Positions 8,835 through 17,885 of a DNA stretch of 32,000 nt are shown in pieces. The translations under genes were made by a program, and so were the position numbers. Location: assembly GCA_965224465.1 (NCBI GenBank), contig OZ245049.1, positions 420,001 to 452,000 on the forward strand. The letters run 5' to 3'. The stretch comes from Flavobacteriaceae bacterium. Its GTDB lineage: Bacteria; Bacteroidota; Bacteroidia; Flavobacteriales; Flavobacteriaceae. The notes beneath the pieces are model-generated. The model was not told the DNA's origin. It searched no databases and saw only the letters and a program-made list of their open reading frames with translations. Position 1 is the stretch's first letter; the number at the start of each line of letters is the position of its first letter.

Positions 8835-8881
8835 TATAACTATAATTAGTATTTGTTATTTTCTTAGAAAGTTATCCTCCT

Positions 8882-8912
8882 AAAAAAACCACTCAAAATT
8901 AATTGAGTGGCC
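8882..8912 (-). terminator. Rho-independent terminator downstream of the TonB-dependent receptor
   Basis: CCACTCAA-AATTAA-TTGAGTGG hairpin (8889-8910). On the minus strand it is followed by T7 (complement of the A-run at 8882-8888). Confidence 0.7.
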
Positions 8913-9056
8913 AAAGATAGTTTTTACCAAAAATACCACCAAGAAATCTCCTTAAATAGTTTCCTTAACTATATATCAATAACGCAGTGCAATATATCCG
9001 TATTGATAAAAAATACGAAACACATTTACGTATTTAAATAATTGATTGCTAGCTTT

Positions 9057-12000
9057 TTAAAAGCTATAACGCATTCCAAATTGCATTTGCCATCGAGACA
9101 GCAAGCTTAAATCGTTTGTAAATGATGATGTTTGGGTTGTATCAAAAGAATAAGTTGGAACATTACCCGTTAATGAAACCCCTATTGGTTGCGTATTTAC
9201 AGGTAATTGCCTCACACCCCAGTCAGATTTTAATAAATTTCCAACATTTAAAATATCAATCGTAAACTGAATTTTTTTACCTAAATTTTTTCCGAAATTA
9301 TAATCTTGAGCTATTCGAACATCCCAGTTAGAGAACCAAGGAGCTAACATTGCATTTCTTTGTGCAAAATCTCCCCTATTTCCGTTTAAATAATCACTTT
9401 GACTAATAAACGCCTCAAGCGCATCTTTTTGTGCTGTTTGTTCAAGGACTGTACCTACAAAATTCATGTTTCCAATTTCTCCTTTCAAAGGGATATAAAT
9501 TAAATCGTTTTGAGAAGCACCATCACCATTAATATCACCTCCGTATACATAACTAAACCTTCCTGATTCTGTATATTCAAAAAATGCAGCTAAAGATGTC
9601 GCCCATTTTCCATTCCCATAAACAAACTTTTTCATCGCAGATCCAACGATTCTGTTTTTATGACCAAATCTTGAATTACTTAATTTTGCCCTATTTACGT
9701 TCCCATAATTTGGATTTGCAGAAAAAGTAGCATTTGTAATTTCTTCTGTAGGAGAAATGGCATCTTCTGCATTTAAATAGTCATAAGCAATGCTAAAAGA
9801 AAGACCATTTTCAAATTGTTTTTTCAACTGTACAGACGCATTAAATATTTTTCCTAAACTCGTATTTGTAACAGCCCATGCATGATTCGTAATATCTGTA
9901 CCGCTATAAATAGGTCGTGATCCTGGCCCTTGTAATTTCCCTGTAGGGGTACTCAATCCAATATTTATTGCAAATATATTACGCATGTTTTTTGAAACTA
10001 AGACATCGGTTATAACCGTCCAACCATTATTAAATTTCTTATCAAAGCCTAGATTTGTCCTAAACGTTTGCGGAAATCTAAAATTTGGTGTTGATGTTGT
10101 ATAGAAAAACGAGTTGACATTTTGCACTTGATTCCCAATCCATACAAACGGGAAACGCCCCGTAAAGACACCCAATCCTCCACGAAACTGCATCGTTCTG
10201 TCCCCATTAACATCCCAATTGAATCCAATTCTTGGAGAAACTAACGGTGTTTCTTTGGGTAATGTTAAACTACTATACGTTGTTGGTTTCCCACTCGAAT
10301 CAAAATATTTAATACTCGGGTCGTACGCAAAATTACGATCTATGTTTTCTTGAACTTTATCTTTAGTATCAAAAAATTCAGGACGATCTACACGTACGCC
10401 ATAGGTTACAACAAAATCATCCGTAATAGAAAATTCATCTTGGGCATATACCGAAAACTGACCTACATTGGTTTCAGCCAAGCTCCACTTACCTGCTGAA
10501 AATGCATCTTTCGCCTTTTGATAATCCGCAGCAAAGCCATTTGGATCGTTCGCATAATTTAAAAACTCTGCAATGGATCCAGCGGTAGGAAAAAACAATC
10601 CTTTTGCTCCATAAGTTCCTAAATTAAAAGAATTGTCAAATTCGAATTTTTCAAAAGCTGCTCCAATAGTAATCTTATGATTCCCTGCATATATATTAAA
10701 ATTATTAGTGATTTGAATCACTTTTTGATCCAATGTATTGTGTACAGAAAATGGTTCGTGTCCAGCAATAATATATGGAGATCCATCTTTTAATATTGTA
10801 ATCATGGGTGCTGGATCAGACAATGGCGTTCTAAAATCGTCAAAATGGGTATATCCTACTTGTAAGTTATTCGCAAATTTATTGCCAAATCTTGATTTTA
10901 ACTCTATCAATCCAGATTGTAATTTATTTGAAATTTCATACGCTGAATTTTCGAATTGTAGGGTTGTTTGATTGGGACCTCTATTAAAAAATGCTGTTGG
11001 ATGTGCTGGTTTCTCTCTTCTAGCATCTAAAGAATTATATATGGCAGATAACGAATGGTTCTGATTTATATTCCAATCTAACTTTATAATAAATTTTTCG
11101 TTATTGGTTGAATGTAATATATTTTGATAAGCACCTGTGTCATATCCATGTGTTGCCAATGCATTAGAAACGAGTGCTAAATCACTAGCCAAGACTCTAG
11201 AAATCCCATCTCCTGCTGTCTCTCCATCAAGTCTAGCTCTAAATCCACTGACCAAGTCTTCCCTGCGTTCTACTTCTGCATTTGCAAAAAAGAATAATTT
11301 ATTTTCTACAATCGGTCCACCAATGCTAAATCCAGACTGAATATGTTTTAAATCGCCCTGAAAAACTTTTGTGTTTCCAACCTTATCTCCAGTCATAGAC
11401 TCATTTCTAAAAAACGCAAAAAGAGCCCCATGAAATTTATTAGTTCCAGATTTTGTAACGGCATTAATAGAGGCGCCCGTAAAACCAGAACGCGTTACAT
11501 CGTAGGGAGCTAATTCGATTTGAATTTGTTCAATCGCGTCCAAAGAAATGGGTTGCGCGTTTGTTTGACTGCCAGGCGTTCCACCATCGAGCCCGAAAGG
11601 ATTGTTAAAAATAGATCCATCTAAAGACAAATTATTCATTTTGCTATTGCCTCCACCAAAGGAAGTACCATCTGCAGAAGGTGTTAATCTAGTAAAATCG
11701 TTAATAGATCTAGAAATAGTGGGTAAGTTTTTAATCTGTTCTTTTCCAATTCTCGTTGAAGTTCCAGTTCTATCACTATGTATGATTCCACCTTTACTTG
11801 ACCCCGTAATTACAACTTCGCTTAAAACAGATGCAGCATCAACTAAGCTGATGTTTAGCTTTAATTTCTCCCCCAATTGTAAGTAAATACCCTGTGTAAT
11901 TGACGTCTTATACCCCATATAGCTCACAACTACTTTGTAGGGTCCTCCTACTCTTAGATTTGCTAGGTAATACTTCCCATTATCTAAAGTCATTGTTCCA

Positions 12001-12167
12001 TATTTTGTTCCCGTAGGTACATGTGTTGCGATAACGTTTGCCCCTGGAAGTTCCATTTTACTATGGTCTGTAATAGTTCCTCTCAATTCCGATGTGGTTA
12101 CCTGCGCCACAGAATTTGTACTTAAAAAAACTACCAAGCAAAGGCTTATTAAAATACTTTTTCTCAT
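9057..12167 (-). CDS. TonB-dependent receptor with N-terminal carboxypeptidase-regulatory-like domain (Oar-like)
   Basis: 1036 aa. Signal peptide, then a CarboxypepD_reg-like segment (LRGTITD...LPGANV...GKYYLANLRVGGPYKVVVSYMGYK), a plug region and a C-terminal beta-barrel ending in aromatic ...RYSF. No adjacent SusD-like gene. Confidence 0.88.
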   Translation of the reverse strand: MRKSILISLCLVVFLSTNSVAQVTTSELRGTITDHSKMELPGANVIATHVPTGTKYGTMTLDNGKYYLANLRVGGPYKVVVSYMGYKTSITQGIYLQLGEKLKLNISLVDAASVLSEVVITGSSKGGIIHSDRTGTSTRIGKEQIKNLPTISRSINDFTRLTPSADGTSFGGGNSKMNNLSLDGSIFNNPFGLDGGTPGSQTNAQPISLDAIEQIQIELAPYDVTRSGFTGASINAVTKSGTNKFHGALFAFFRNESMTGDKVGNTKVFQGDLKHIQSGFSIGGPIVENKLFFFANAEVERREDLVSGFRARLDGETAGDGISRVLASDLALVSNALATHGYDTGAYQNILHSTNNEKFIIKLDWNINQNHSLSAIYNSLDARREKPAHPTAFFNRGPNQTTLQFENSAYEISNKLQSGLIELKSRFGNKFANNLQVGYTHFDDFRTPLSDPAPMITILKDGSPYIIAGHEPFSVHNTLDQKVIQITNNFNIYAGNHKITIGAAFEKFEFDNSFNLGTYGAKGLFFPTAGSIAEFLNYANDPNGFAADYQKAKDAFSAGKWSLAETNVGQFSVYAQDEFSITDDFVVTYGVRVDRPEFFDTKDKVQENIDRNFAYDPSIKYFDSSGKPTTYSSLTLPKETPLVSPRIGFNWDVNGDRTMQFRGGLGVFTGRFPFVWIGNQVQNVNSFFYTTSTPNFRFPQTFRTNLGFDKKFNNGWTVITDVLVSKNMRNIFAINIGLSTPTGKLQGPGSRPIYSGTDITNHAWAVTNTSLGKIFNASVQLKKQFENGLSFSIAYDYLNAEDAISPTEEITNATFSANPNYGNVNRAKLSNSRFGHKNRIVGSAMKKFVYGNGKWATSLAAFFEYTESGRFSYVYGGDINGDGASQNDLIYIPLKGEIGNMNFVGTVLEQTAQKDALEAFISQSDYLNGNRGDFAQRNAMLAPWFSNWDVRIAQDYNFGKNLGKKIQFTIDILNVGNLLKSDWGVRQLPVNTQPIGVSLTGNVPTYSFDTTQTSSFTNDLSLLSRWQMQFGMRYSF

Positions 12168-12352
12168 AATAGATATGTTAATGTTTGCGTTAATACGTTT
12201 GTAATTAGACAGCTAAAACATAAAAATAGAGAAAACAATTGATTCTAAAAAATAAAATACAAATACTCGCATCCATTTTTTGGGTGATTACTACAAAAAA
12301 ACACTCATAACTGAACTAATTTACAGCACTAAGAACCGTTTCTTCTCTGTGA

Positions 12353-12506
12353 TACCCATTAAAATCCAACATGACCGATATAAATAGTTTATTTTATTTT
12401 ACGTTCTAACATCATTCAAAAACAGAATGATAGCTAAGGTTATCTTTTTAACCTAGTTAAAACAAAGAATAATTCCATTTCTAAACCGTCATTTGGAAAT
12501 TGAATT
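12353..12506 (-). repeat. ~160-bp palindromic intergenic element, copy 3 (inverted)
   Basis: The reverse complement aligns to copies 1 and 2: TTTCCAAATGACGGTTTAGAAATGGAAT...TAGCTATCATTCTGTTTTT...ACGTAAAATA...CTATTTATATCGGTCATGTTGGATTTTAATGGGTA. Confidence 0.8.
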
Positions 12507-12663
12507 ATATCTATGGTAAAAAACACAAAAACAACTTCGAAAACCCGTAATTGATTCCTCGTACAGCACGATAAACACAAACCCTTATATTCCTTAGAAT
12601 ATCTATTTTATAAAAAAGTGTTTTCACAGTAAAAAATGGGGACTTCTAAAAAAATCAGAGCAC

Positions 12664-12696
12664 AAAAAAAAGCCCACTAAAATAGTGAGCTTTTTA
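12664..12696 (-). terminator. Rho-independent terminator of the rpsF-rpsR-rplI operon
   Basis: AGCCCACTA-AAA-TAGTGAGCT hairpin (12671-12691, one mismatch). On the minus strand a T8 run follows. Confidence 0.75.
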
Positions 12697-12714
12697 TAAT
12701 TTATTAACCGAAAT

Positions 12715-13167
12715 TTATTTTGCTTCTGCGATAATCTCAACAGGTAAAGCAACAATTACACTACGGTGTAAACGTACAGTAACAATGTATTTTCCAATAC
12801 GTTTGATACTACCACCATCTACTTTAATGAATTTTTTATCAATTTTTTGACCTTCTGTAGCCAATGCGTCAGCAATATCAGCATTATTTACAGATCCAAA
12901 TAATTTAGAAGAATCAGCTGTTTTAGCTGAAATCTTAAGTTCCAATGCTTTTAAAACATCAGCAATTACATTAGCATCTTTCACTAATTTTTCCTCTTTA
13001 AAAGCACGTTGCTTTAAAGTTTCTGCCAATACTTTTTTTGCAGATGAAGTAGCCAATACTGCCATTCCTAAAGGAATCAAATAGTTACGACCGTAACCAT
13101 TTTTTACAGATACAACATCATCTTTAAATCCAACGTTTTCAACGTCTTGTTTTAATATAAGTTCCAT
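12715..13167 (-). CDS. rplI: 50S ribosomal protein L9
   Basis: MELILKQDVENVGFKDDVVSVKNGYGRNYLIP is the canonical L9 N-terminus. Operon position is after rpsR. Confidence 0.95.
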   Translation of the reverse strand: MELILKQDVENVGFKDDVVSVKNGYGRNYLIPLGMAVLATSSAKKVLAETLKQRAFKEEKLVKDANVIADVLKALELKISAKTADSSKLFGSVNNADIADALATEGQKIDKKFIKVDGGSIKRIGKYIVTVRLHRSVIVALPVEIIAEAK

Positions 13168-13183
13168 AGTTCCTACTTCGTTT

Positions 13184-13477
13184 TTATTTTAACATATCTC
13201 CAACGTAAGGCATTAAAGCCAAGTGACGAGACCTTTTGATAGCCACGGCAACTTTACGTTGAAATTTTAAAGACGTTCCAGTTAAACGACGTGGTAAAAT
13301 TTTACCTTGTTCGTTTACCAAATACATTAAGAAATCAGCATCCTTGTAATCAATATACTTAATACCGTTCTTTTTAAAACGACAGTATTTTTTTACTTGC
13401 TTTGTATCAATATCTAATGGAGTCAGGTAACGTACTTCACCTTGTTTTCCTCCTTTTGCTTGTTGATCTATCGACAT
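13184..13477 (-). CDS. rpsR: 30S ribosomal protein S18
   Basis: [15 protein letters not shown]...ILPRRLTG...[19 protein letters not shown] is the canonical S18 core. Confidence 0.95.
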   Translation of the reverse strand: MSIDQQAKGGKQGEVRYLTPLDIDTKQVKKYCRFKKNGIKYIDYKDADFLMYLVNEQGKILPRRLTGTSLKFQRKVAVAIKRSRHLALMPYVGDMLK

Positions 13478-13479
13478 GA

Positions 13480-13824
13480 TTATGATTTTTTAGCAGATTT
13501 GTTTCTAGCTCTTCTTTTTTCAGCCCATGCTTCAGCATGCTTGTCTAACCTTACAGTTAAATAACGCATAATACTGTCGTCACGTCTAAATTCTAATTCA
13601 AATGCGGTAACTTCTTGACCGTCCATTTTAAAATCGAACAAGTGGTAAAATCCACTTTTTTTCTTTTGAATTGGGTAAGCTAACTTTTTCAAGCCCCAAT
13701 TTTCTTTTGAAATCATTTCGGCACCTTTAGAAACTAAGTAGTCCTCGAACTTCTTTACTGTTTCCTTTACCTGAACTTCAGATAAAACGGGATTCAAAAT
13801 GAAAACAGTTTCGTAATGATTCAT
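13480..13824 (-). CDS. rpsF: 30S ribosomal protein S6
   Basis: [16 protein letters not shown]...[18 protein letters not shown] is the canonical S6 sequence. It is 2 nt upstream of rpsR. Confidence 0.95.
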   Translation of the reverse strand: MNHYETVFILNPVLSEVQVKETVKKFEDYLVSKGAEMISKENWGLKKLAYPIQKKKSGFYHLFDFKMDGQEVTAFELEFRRDDSIMRYLTVRLDKHAEAWAEKRRARNKSAKKS

Positions 13825-13857
13825 AATAAAATATTTTTATTGTTTACTTTAAGCCTG

Positions 13858-13865
13858 CAAATATA
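13858..13865 (-). promoter_or_regulatory. Bacteroidota-type -7 promoter box (TATATTTG) for the rpsF operon
   Basis: The minus-strand sequence TATATTTG matches the TAnnTTTG consensus 34 nt upstream of the rpsF ATG. I found no clean -33 TTG. Confidence 0.5.
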
Positions 13866-13904
13866 CAATCTTATTCTTGTATAGCCACTATTTATTGATA
13901 AAAA

Positions 13905-14012
13905 TAATCACGAATTATTAATCATGAATTATCAATTACAGATTATGAATTACGGATCCCAATTATGAATAAATAATTACGGATTACCCATTATTAATTA
14001 CGAATTATGAAC
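13905..14012. repeat. Degenerate array of ATTA(C/T)GAAT-type words
   Basis: GAATTAT at 13912, 13926 and 14002. ATTATGAAT at 13942 and 13962 (ATTATGAAC at 14004). AATTACGGAT at 13948 and 13976. AATTACGAATTAT at 13996. It lies between the priA stop and the rpsF promoter. Confidence 0.6.
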
Positions 14013-16459
14013 TAAACGGCATCCACATCAATATTAAAACGAATGGATCTAAAGCTGCCAATCGCATGAAAACTATTTCGTACTCTGTCTATATTCTTTT
14101 TTGTATTCGCCAAATTATCTTTAGGACCTATTTTAATGATGAAATTTCGGATGTATTGATTTCTTACTCTACCTACACTAGGTACTGTTGGCCCCAGTAA
14201 TTTGGTTCCAAATACATTGGTCAACGATTTTGTCAGCCAGGTCATCCCTTCTTCTATCCTAATTTCGTCCTTGTGTTTTAAGGTGATTTTAATAATTCTA
14301 AAAAACGGTGGGTATTGAAACTGCCAACGTTCGTCCACTTGTTCCTTATACATTTCATCATAAGAATTGGTAGAAACTTGTTGCAGTATTTTATGGTGTG
14401 GATTAAAAGTTTGTATGGCTACCCTTCCTTGTTTTTTTGACCTTCCCGATCGTCCTGAGACTTGTACTAATAACTGATAACTACGCTCATGAGCTCTAAA
14501 ATCAGGGAAATTAAGCATGGTATCCGAGTTCATAATTCCCACAAGGGATACATTGGAAAAATCCAAGCCTTTTGAAAGCATTTGAGTTCCTACCAAAATG
14601 TCTATTTCTTGCGCTTGAAACCGTCCTATAATTTTTTCAAAACCACGCTTTCCTTTGGTCGTGTCAAAATCCATACGTCCGATATTGGTATTGGGAAATA
14701 ATTGTTCCAATTCCAATTCTATTTGCTCTGTTCCAAAACCTTTGGTATTTAATTTCTCACTTCCACAGGCTTTGCAATTATACATCATGGCTTGGCGATA
14801 GCCACAATAATGGCATTTTATTTCTCTTTTGTTTTTATGAAACGTCAAGCTCACATCACAGTTTGGACATTCTGGAGATATCCCACATGTTTCACATTCT
14901 ACAATGGGTGCAAATCCACGTCTATTTTGAAAGAGTATTACCTGTTCTTTTTCGTTAAGTGTATCTTGTATCATTTCCAATAGGCGGTCCGAAAAATGAC
15001 CTTGCATGCGTTTTTTACGATGTTTTTCTTTAATATCAATCAGTTCTATAGATGGCAATTGTACATTGTTAAATCTTTTTGTCAACTTAACATAGCCATA
15101 TTTTCCTGATTTTGCATTGTAATAACTTTCAATACTCGGTGTTGCAGACCCCATCAATACCTTTGCCTTATGTATATGTGCCAACACCACAGCTGCATCC
15201 CTTGCGTGATACCTTGGTGCAGGATCTTGTTGTTTAAAGGATGGCTCGTGTTCTTCGTCTATGATAATTAGACCTATATTGGTATAGGGCAAAAACAATC
15301 CAGACCTAGCTCCAATAATAAATTGGGCTTTGGTTTTATGCTCCATCATATTTTGCCATACTTCTACCCGCTCGTTCATAGAATACTTGGAGTGAAAAAC
15401 TGATAAATAATCTCCAAAATAAACTTGTAATCTTTGTATTAACTGAGTTGTTAAGGCGATTTCAGGAAGTAGATAAACCACTTGTTTTCCTTCTTCCAGT
15501 GTTTTTTTTATCAGATGTGCGTAGATTTCTGTTTTTCCACTACTGGTCACCCCTTGTAACAATGTTGTGCTTTTGGTTTCAAAAGAAGTTAGGATTTCGT
15601 CATAGGCTTTTTGTTGAAACTCATTCAGTATTTTTAAGGCATTTGATTGCCCTTCAAAGCTGACTCTATCCACTTGTAAGTGATAATAATCTAAGATTCC
15701 TTTAGTGACCAATACTTTTATGGTAGATGAAGAAACATTAGATTTCTCTATCAATTCTTTTACAGGAATTGGTTTTTTCTGTGCATTTAATTGGAAATAA
15801 CACATCACAACATCCCGTTGTTTCTTTGCTCGATCTAGCAATGTCAACAATTCAGATAATTTATCTGCTGCTGTCCAAGCTGGATTCAAACAAATATATG
15901 TTATCAGTTTAGGAGTGTATTGCTCATAAATATATTCTTTAACACGTATCACTTTTTTTTCCAACATGGTCGCAATCACAGGCAACACATTTTTTTTATC
16001 TAAAATCTTAGTTACCTCCTGAATAGTGATTTCTGTTTGGAATTGCAAAGCTTCGTAGATAGCAAACTCTTGATCGGCTAATTCGTTCTCGTTTTTAAAA
16101 TCGGTATTTAAGGAAATACTTGTTTCACTTTCCAATAAATAAGCAGATGGAATTGCAGCACGAAAGACTTCTCCTAAAGAACACATATAATAGGATGCCA
16201 TCCATTCCCAGTGCTTTAACTGTAATTGATTCACTATTGGGGCATCATCTAAAATTTGAAATATCTCTTTTGCTTTATATCCTTCTGGTGGCGTATTGTG
16301 AATTTCGTATACCAAAGCTGTTGTGATTCTGTTTTTCCCAAAAGGTACTGCTACCCGCATTCCTGTTTTTAAGAATTCAGATTCTTCCGATGTTATTCTA
16401 TAGGTAAATAGCTTAGAAAGAGGAATTGGCAATACAACACTAATAAAATACAGCTTCAT
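14012..16459 (-). CDS. priA: Primosomal protein N' (replication restart helicase PriA)
   Basis: Walker A GVTSSGKTE, DEEH box (IIIDEEHE), Cys-rich zinc region CETCG..CPNCDVSLTFH...CHYCGY...CKACGS, and a GRSGR motif. The ATG at 16459 (MKLYFISVVLPIPL...) is preferred over the track start at 16504. Confidence 0.92.
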   Translation of the reverse strand: MKLYFISVVLPIPLSKLFTYRITSEESEFLKTGMRVAVPFGKNRITTALVYEIHNTPPEGYKAKEIFQILDDAPIVNQLQLKHWEWMASYYMCSLGEVFRAAIPSAYLLESETSISLNTDFKNENELADQEFAIYEALQFQTEITIQEVTKILDKKNVLPVIATMLEKKVIRVKEYIYEQYTPKLITYICLNPAWTAADKLSELLTLLDRAKKQRDVVMCYFQLNAQKKPIPVKELIEKSNVSSSTIKVLVTKGILDYYHLQVDRVSFEGQSNALKILNEFQQKAYDEILTSFETKSTTLLQGVTSSGKTEIYAHLIKKTLEEGKQVVYLLPEIALTTQLIQRLQVYFGDYLSVFHSKYSMNERVEVWQNMMEHKTKAQFIIGARSGLFLPYTNIGLIIIDEEHEPSFKQQDPAPRYHARDAAVVLAHIHKAKVLMGSATPSIESYYNAKSGKYGYVKLTKRFNNVQLPSIELIDIKEKHRKKRMQGHFSDRLLEMIQDTLNEKEQVILFQNRRGFAPIVECETCGISPECPNCDVSLTFHKNKREIKCHYCGYRQAMMYNCKACGSEKLNTKGFGTEQIELELEQLFPNTNIGRMDFDTTKGKRGFEKIIGRFQAQEIDILVGTQMLSKGLDFSNVSLVGIMNSDTMLNFPDFRAHERSYQLLVQVSGRSGRSKKQGRVAIQTFNPHHKILQQVSTNSYDEMYKEQVDERWQFQYPPFFRIIKITLKHKDEIRIEEGMTWLTKSLTNVFGTKLLGPTVPSVGRVRNQYIRNFIIKIGPKDNLANTKKNIDRVRNSFHAIGSFRSIRFNIDVDAV

Positions 16460-16602
16460 AAATTGATTTATAAAGTTCAAATATAAGCCTTTATCAGCAT
16501 ACAAATTTCATGTCTTATATTTTTTTGGCACGCTGTTTGTAATTCAGTAAGCAGGGGTTACTCGGCAAGTTACCTTAAGTATGAACCTTAACCTTTATTA
16601 TT

Positions 16603-17820
16603 ATGAAAAAAACAGATACACTTTTAATTGCTCTTTTCTTTATAGGATTTGGAGTCTTCGCAAACACTACAGCAAACACACAGGCAGCTTATAACTCCTA
16701 TTATGATACAAATGGTGAATCCTTCACTTTTACGGAACGCGGCATCACATTTTCCGTTTATCAAAATGGTGAATTCGATTTTTATTTAGACAGTCACCAA
16801 GGATTTCGTACCAGCATTCATGGAAAACTGGGAAGTATCAGTTTTAACTCAGGATATAATTATGATGCCTATGTACAATATGATGATTATGGAGCTATTA
16901 TTCAAATAGAAGATGTGCCCATTTATTACGATAATTACGGAAGAATTAGTAACGCTGGAGATGTAGCTATTAGGTACAACCACAGAAGACTTGTACGTGT
17001 TGGAGGTTTGCGTGTACATTATGACAGACATGGACATTATACCCGATATTCTGGTTACATCAATAATTATAACAGGCATTACGAATACCAAGCATGTCAT
17101 AACTTTTTTGTAAGACCCTTGTTTGACTTTGCAATTGTGAGTATCAATCCTTACAGAAGACATTACAATCACCATAGATATAGCTACAATTATCATAGAA
17201 ACCATTACAATAGACATGATTACCACAATAGGTATATGAGACAATACGATTCTAGAAGAAGAGTTGTAACCAATCGTGTATATCATAATAACTATGGGAA
17301 TAAACGAAATGAAACATACGTTTCAAACAATGCTAGACGTAAACAATATGATGTAAATAGACGCAGTACATCTACTAAAAGATCTAATTATGGTGATCGT
17401 AGTATTACCAGTTCTAAGAGAAACACGAGCAGTACTTCACAAAGAAGAAGTACACATTCAAATAACACACCTCGGAGAACTGCATCCAATAGATCTGCAA
17501 CACATAAACGCACTGCTACTTCTAGAACAACACAGCGTTCTAATAGAACATTTAACCGCAACAGCGGAGCGGCAAAAAGAAGCATTGCAAATACGCGCAG
17601 TCCTCAAAAGAATACGAGAAGCATCCGTCCAAATAGTCGCAGGTCTAGCAATAGCATAACAAGAAATAGACAAGCACCAAAAAGAACTTCTCAAACAACA
17701 CGTAGTACACATACAAGAACTAGAAGCACAGCTCCAAGAACAATACAAAAAAGAGCTGCTAGTCGTTCCAATTCAAACAAAAGAACGGCAAATACAAATT
17801 CCCGAAGGTCACGCTCTTAA
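16603..17820 (+). CDS. Secreted hypothetical protein with a Tyr/Asn/His/Arg-rich middle and an extremely basic Arg/Ser/Thr/Asn-rich C-terminal half
   Basis: Signal peptide MKKTDTLLIALFFIGFGVFA. Middle segment HYNHHRYSYNYHRNHYNRHDYHNRY. The last ~170 aa are almost entirely R/S/T/N/K/Q/P/A. A strong terminator follows. Confidence 0.65.
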   Translation: MKKTDTLLIALFFIGFGVFANTTANTQAAYNSYYDTNGESFTFTERGITFSVYQNGEFDFYLDSHQGFRTSIHGKLGSISFNSGYNYDAYVQYDDYGAIIQIEDVPIYYDNYGRISNAGDVAIRYNHRRLVRVGGLRVHYDRHGHYTRYSGYINNYNRHYEYQACHNFFVRPLFDFAIVSINPYRRHYNHHRYSYNYHRNHYNRHDYHNRYMRQYDSRRRVVTNRVYHNNYGNKRNETYVSNNARRKQYDVNRRSTSTKRSNYGDRSITSSKRNTSSTSQRRSTHSNNTPRRTASNRSATHKRTATSRTTQRSNRTFNRNSGAAKRSIANTRSPQKNTRSIRPNSRRSSNSITRNRQAPKRTSQTTRSTHTRTRSTAPRTIQKRAASRSNSNKRTANTNSRRSRS

Positions 17821-17834
17821 AAGTAGATTCCTCC

Positions 17835-17866
17835 AAAAAAAAAGCCACTCAATGAGTGGCTTTTTT
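17835..17866. terminator. Bidirectional Rho-independent terminator between convergent genes
   Basis: A8 + AGCCACTC-AAT-GAGTGGCT (17843-17861) + T6. It is symmetric, so it can serve both 16603-17820 (+) and 17886-19109 (-). Confidence 0.8.
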
Positions 17867-17885
17867 ATGGAGTATTAAAAATGAT

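Noticed and set aside
12168-12352. Riboswitch or other leader upstream of the TonB-dependent receptor.
   Set aside because: The sequence is AT-rich, with no conserved riboswitch cores (for example the cobalamin B12 box or TPP motifs) that I could recognise.
16849-17748. ORFs 16849-17286(-), 17388-17585(-), 17390-17659(+) and 17458-17748(-) within the R/S/T-rich gene.
   Set aside because: They are by-products of the strongly biased codon composition of the 16603-17820 ORF. None has a signal, a start context or a terminator of its own.
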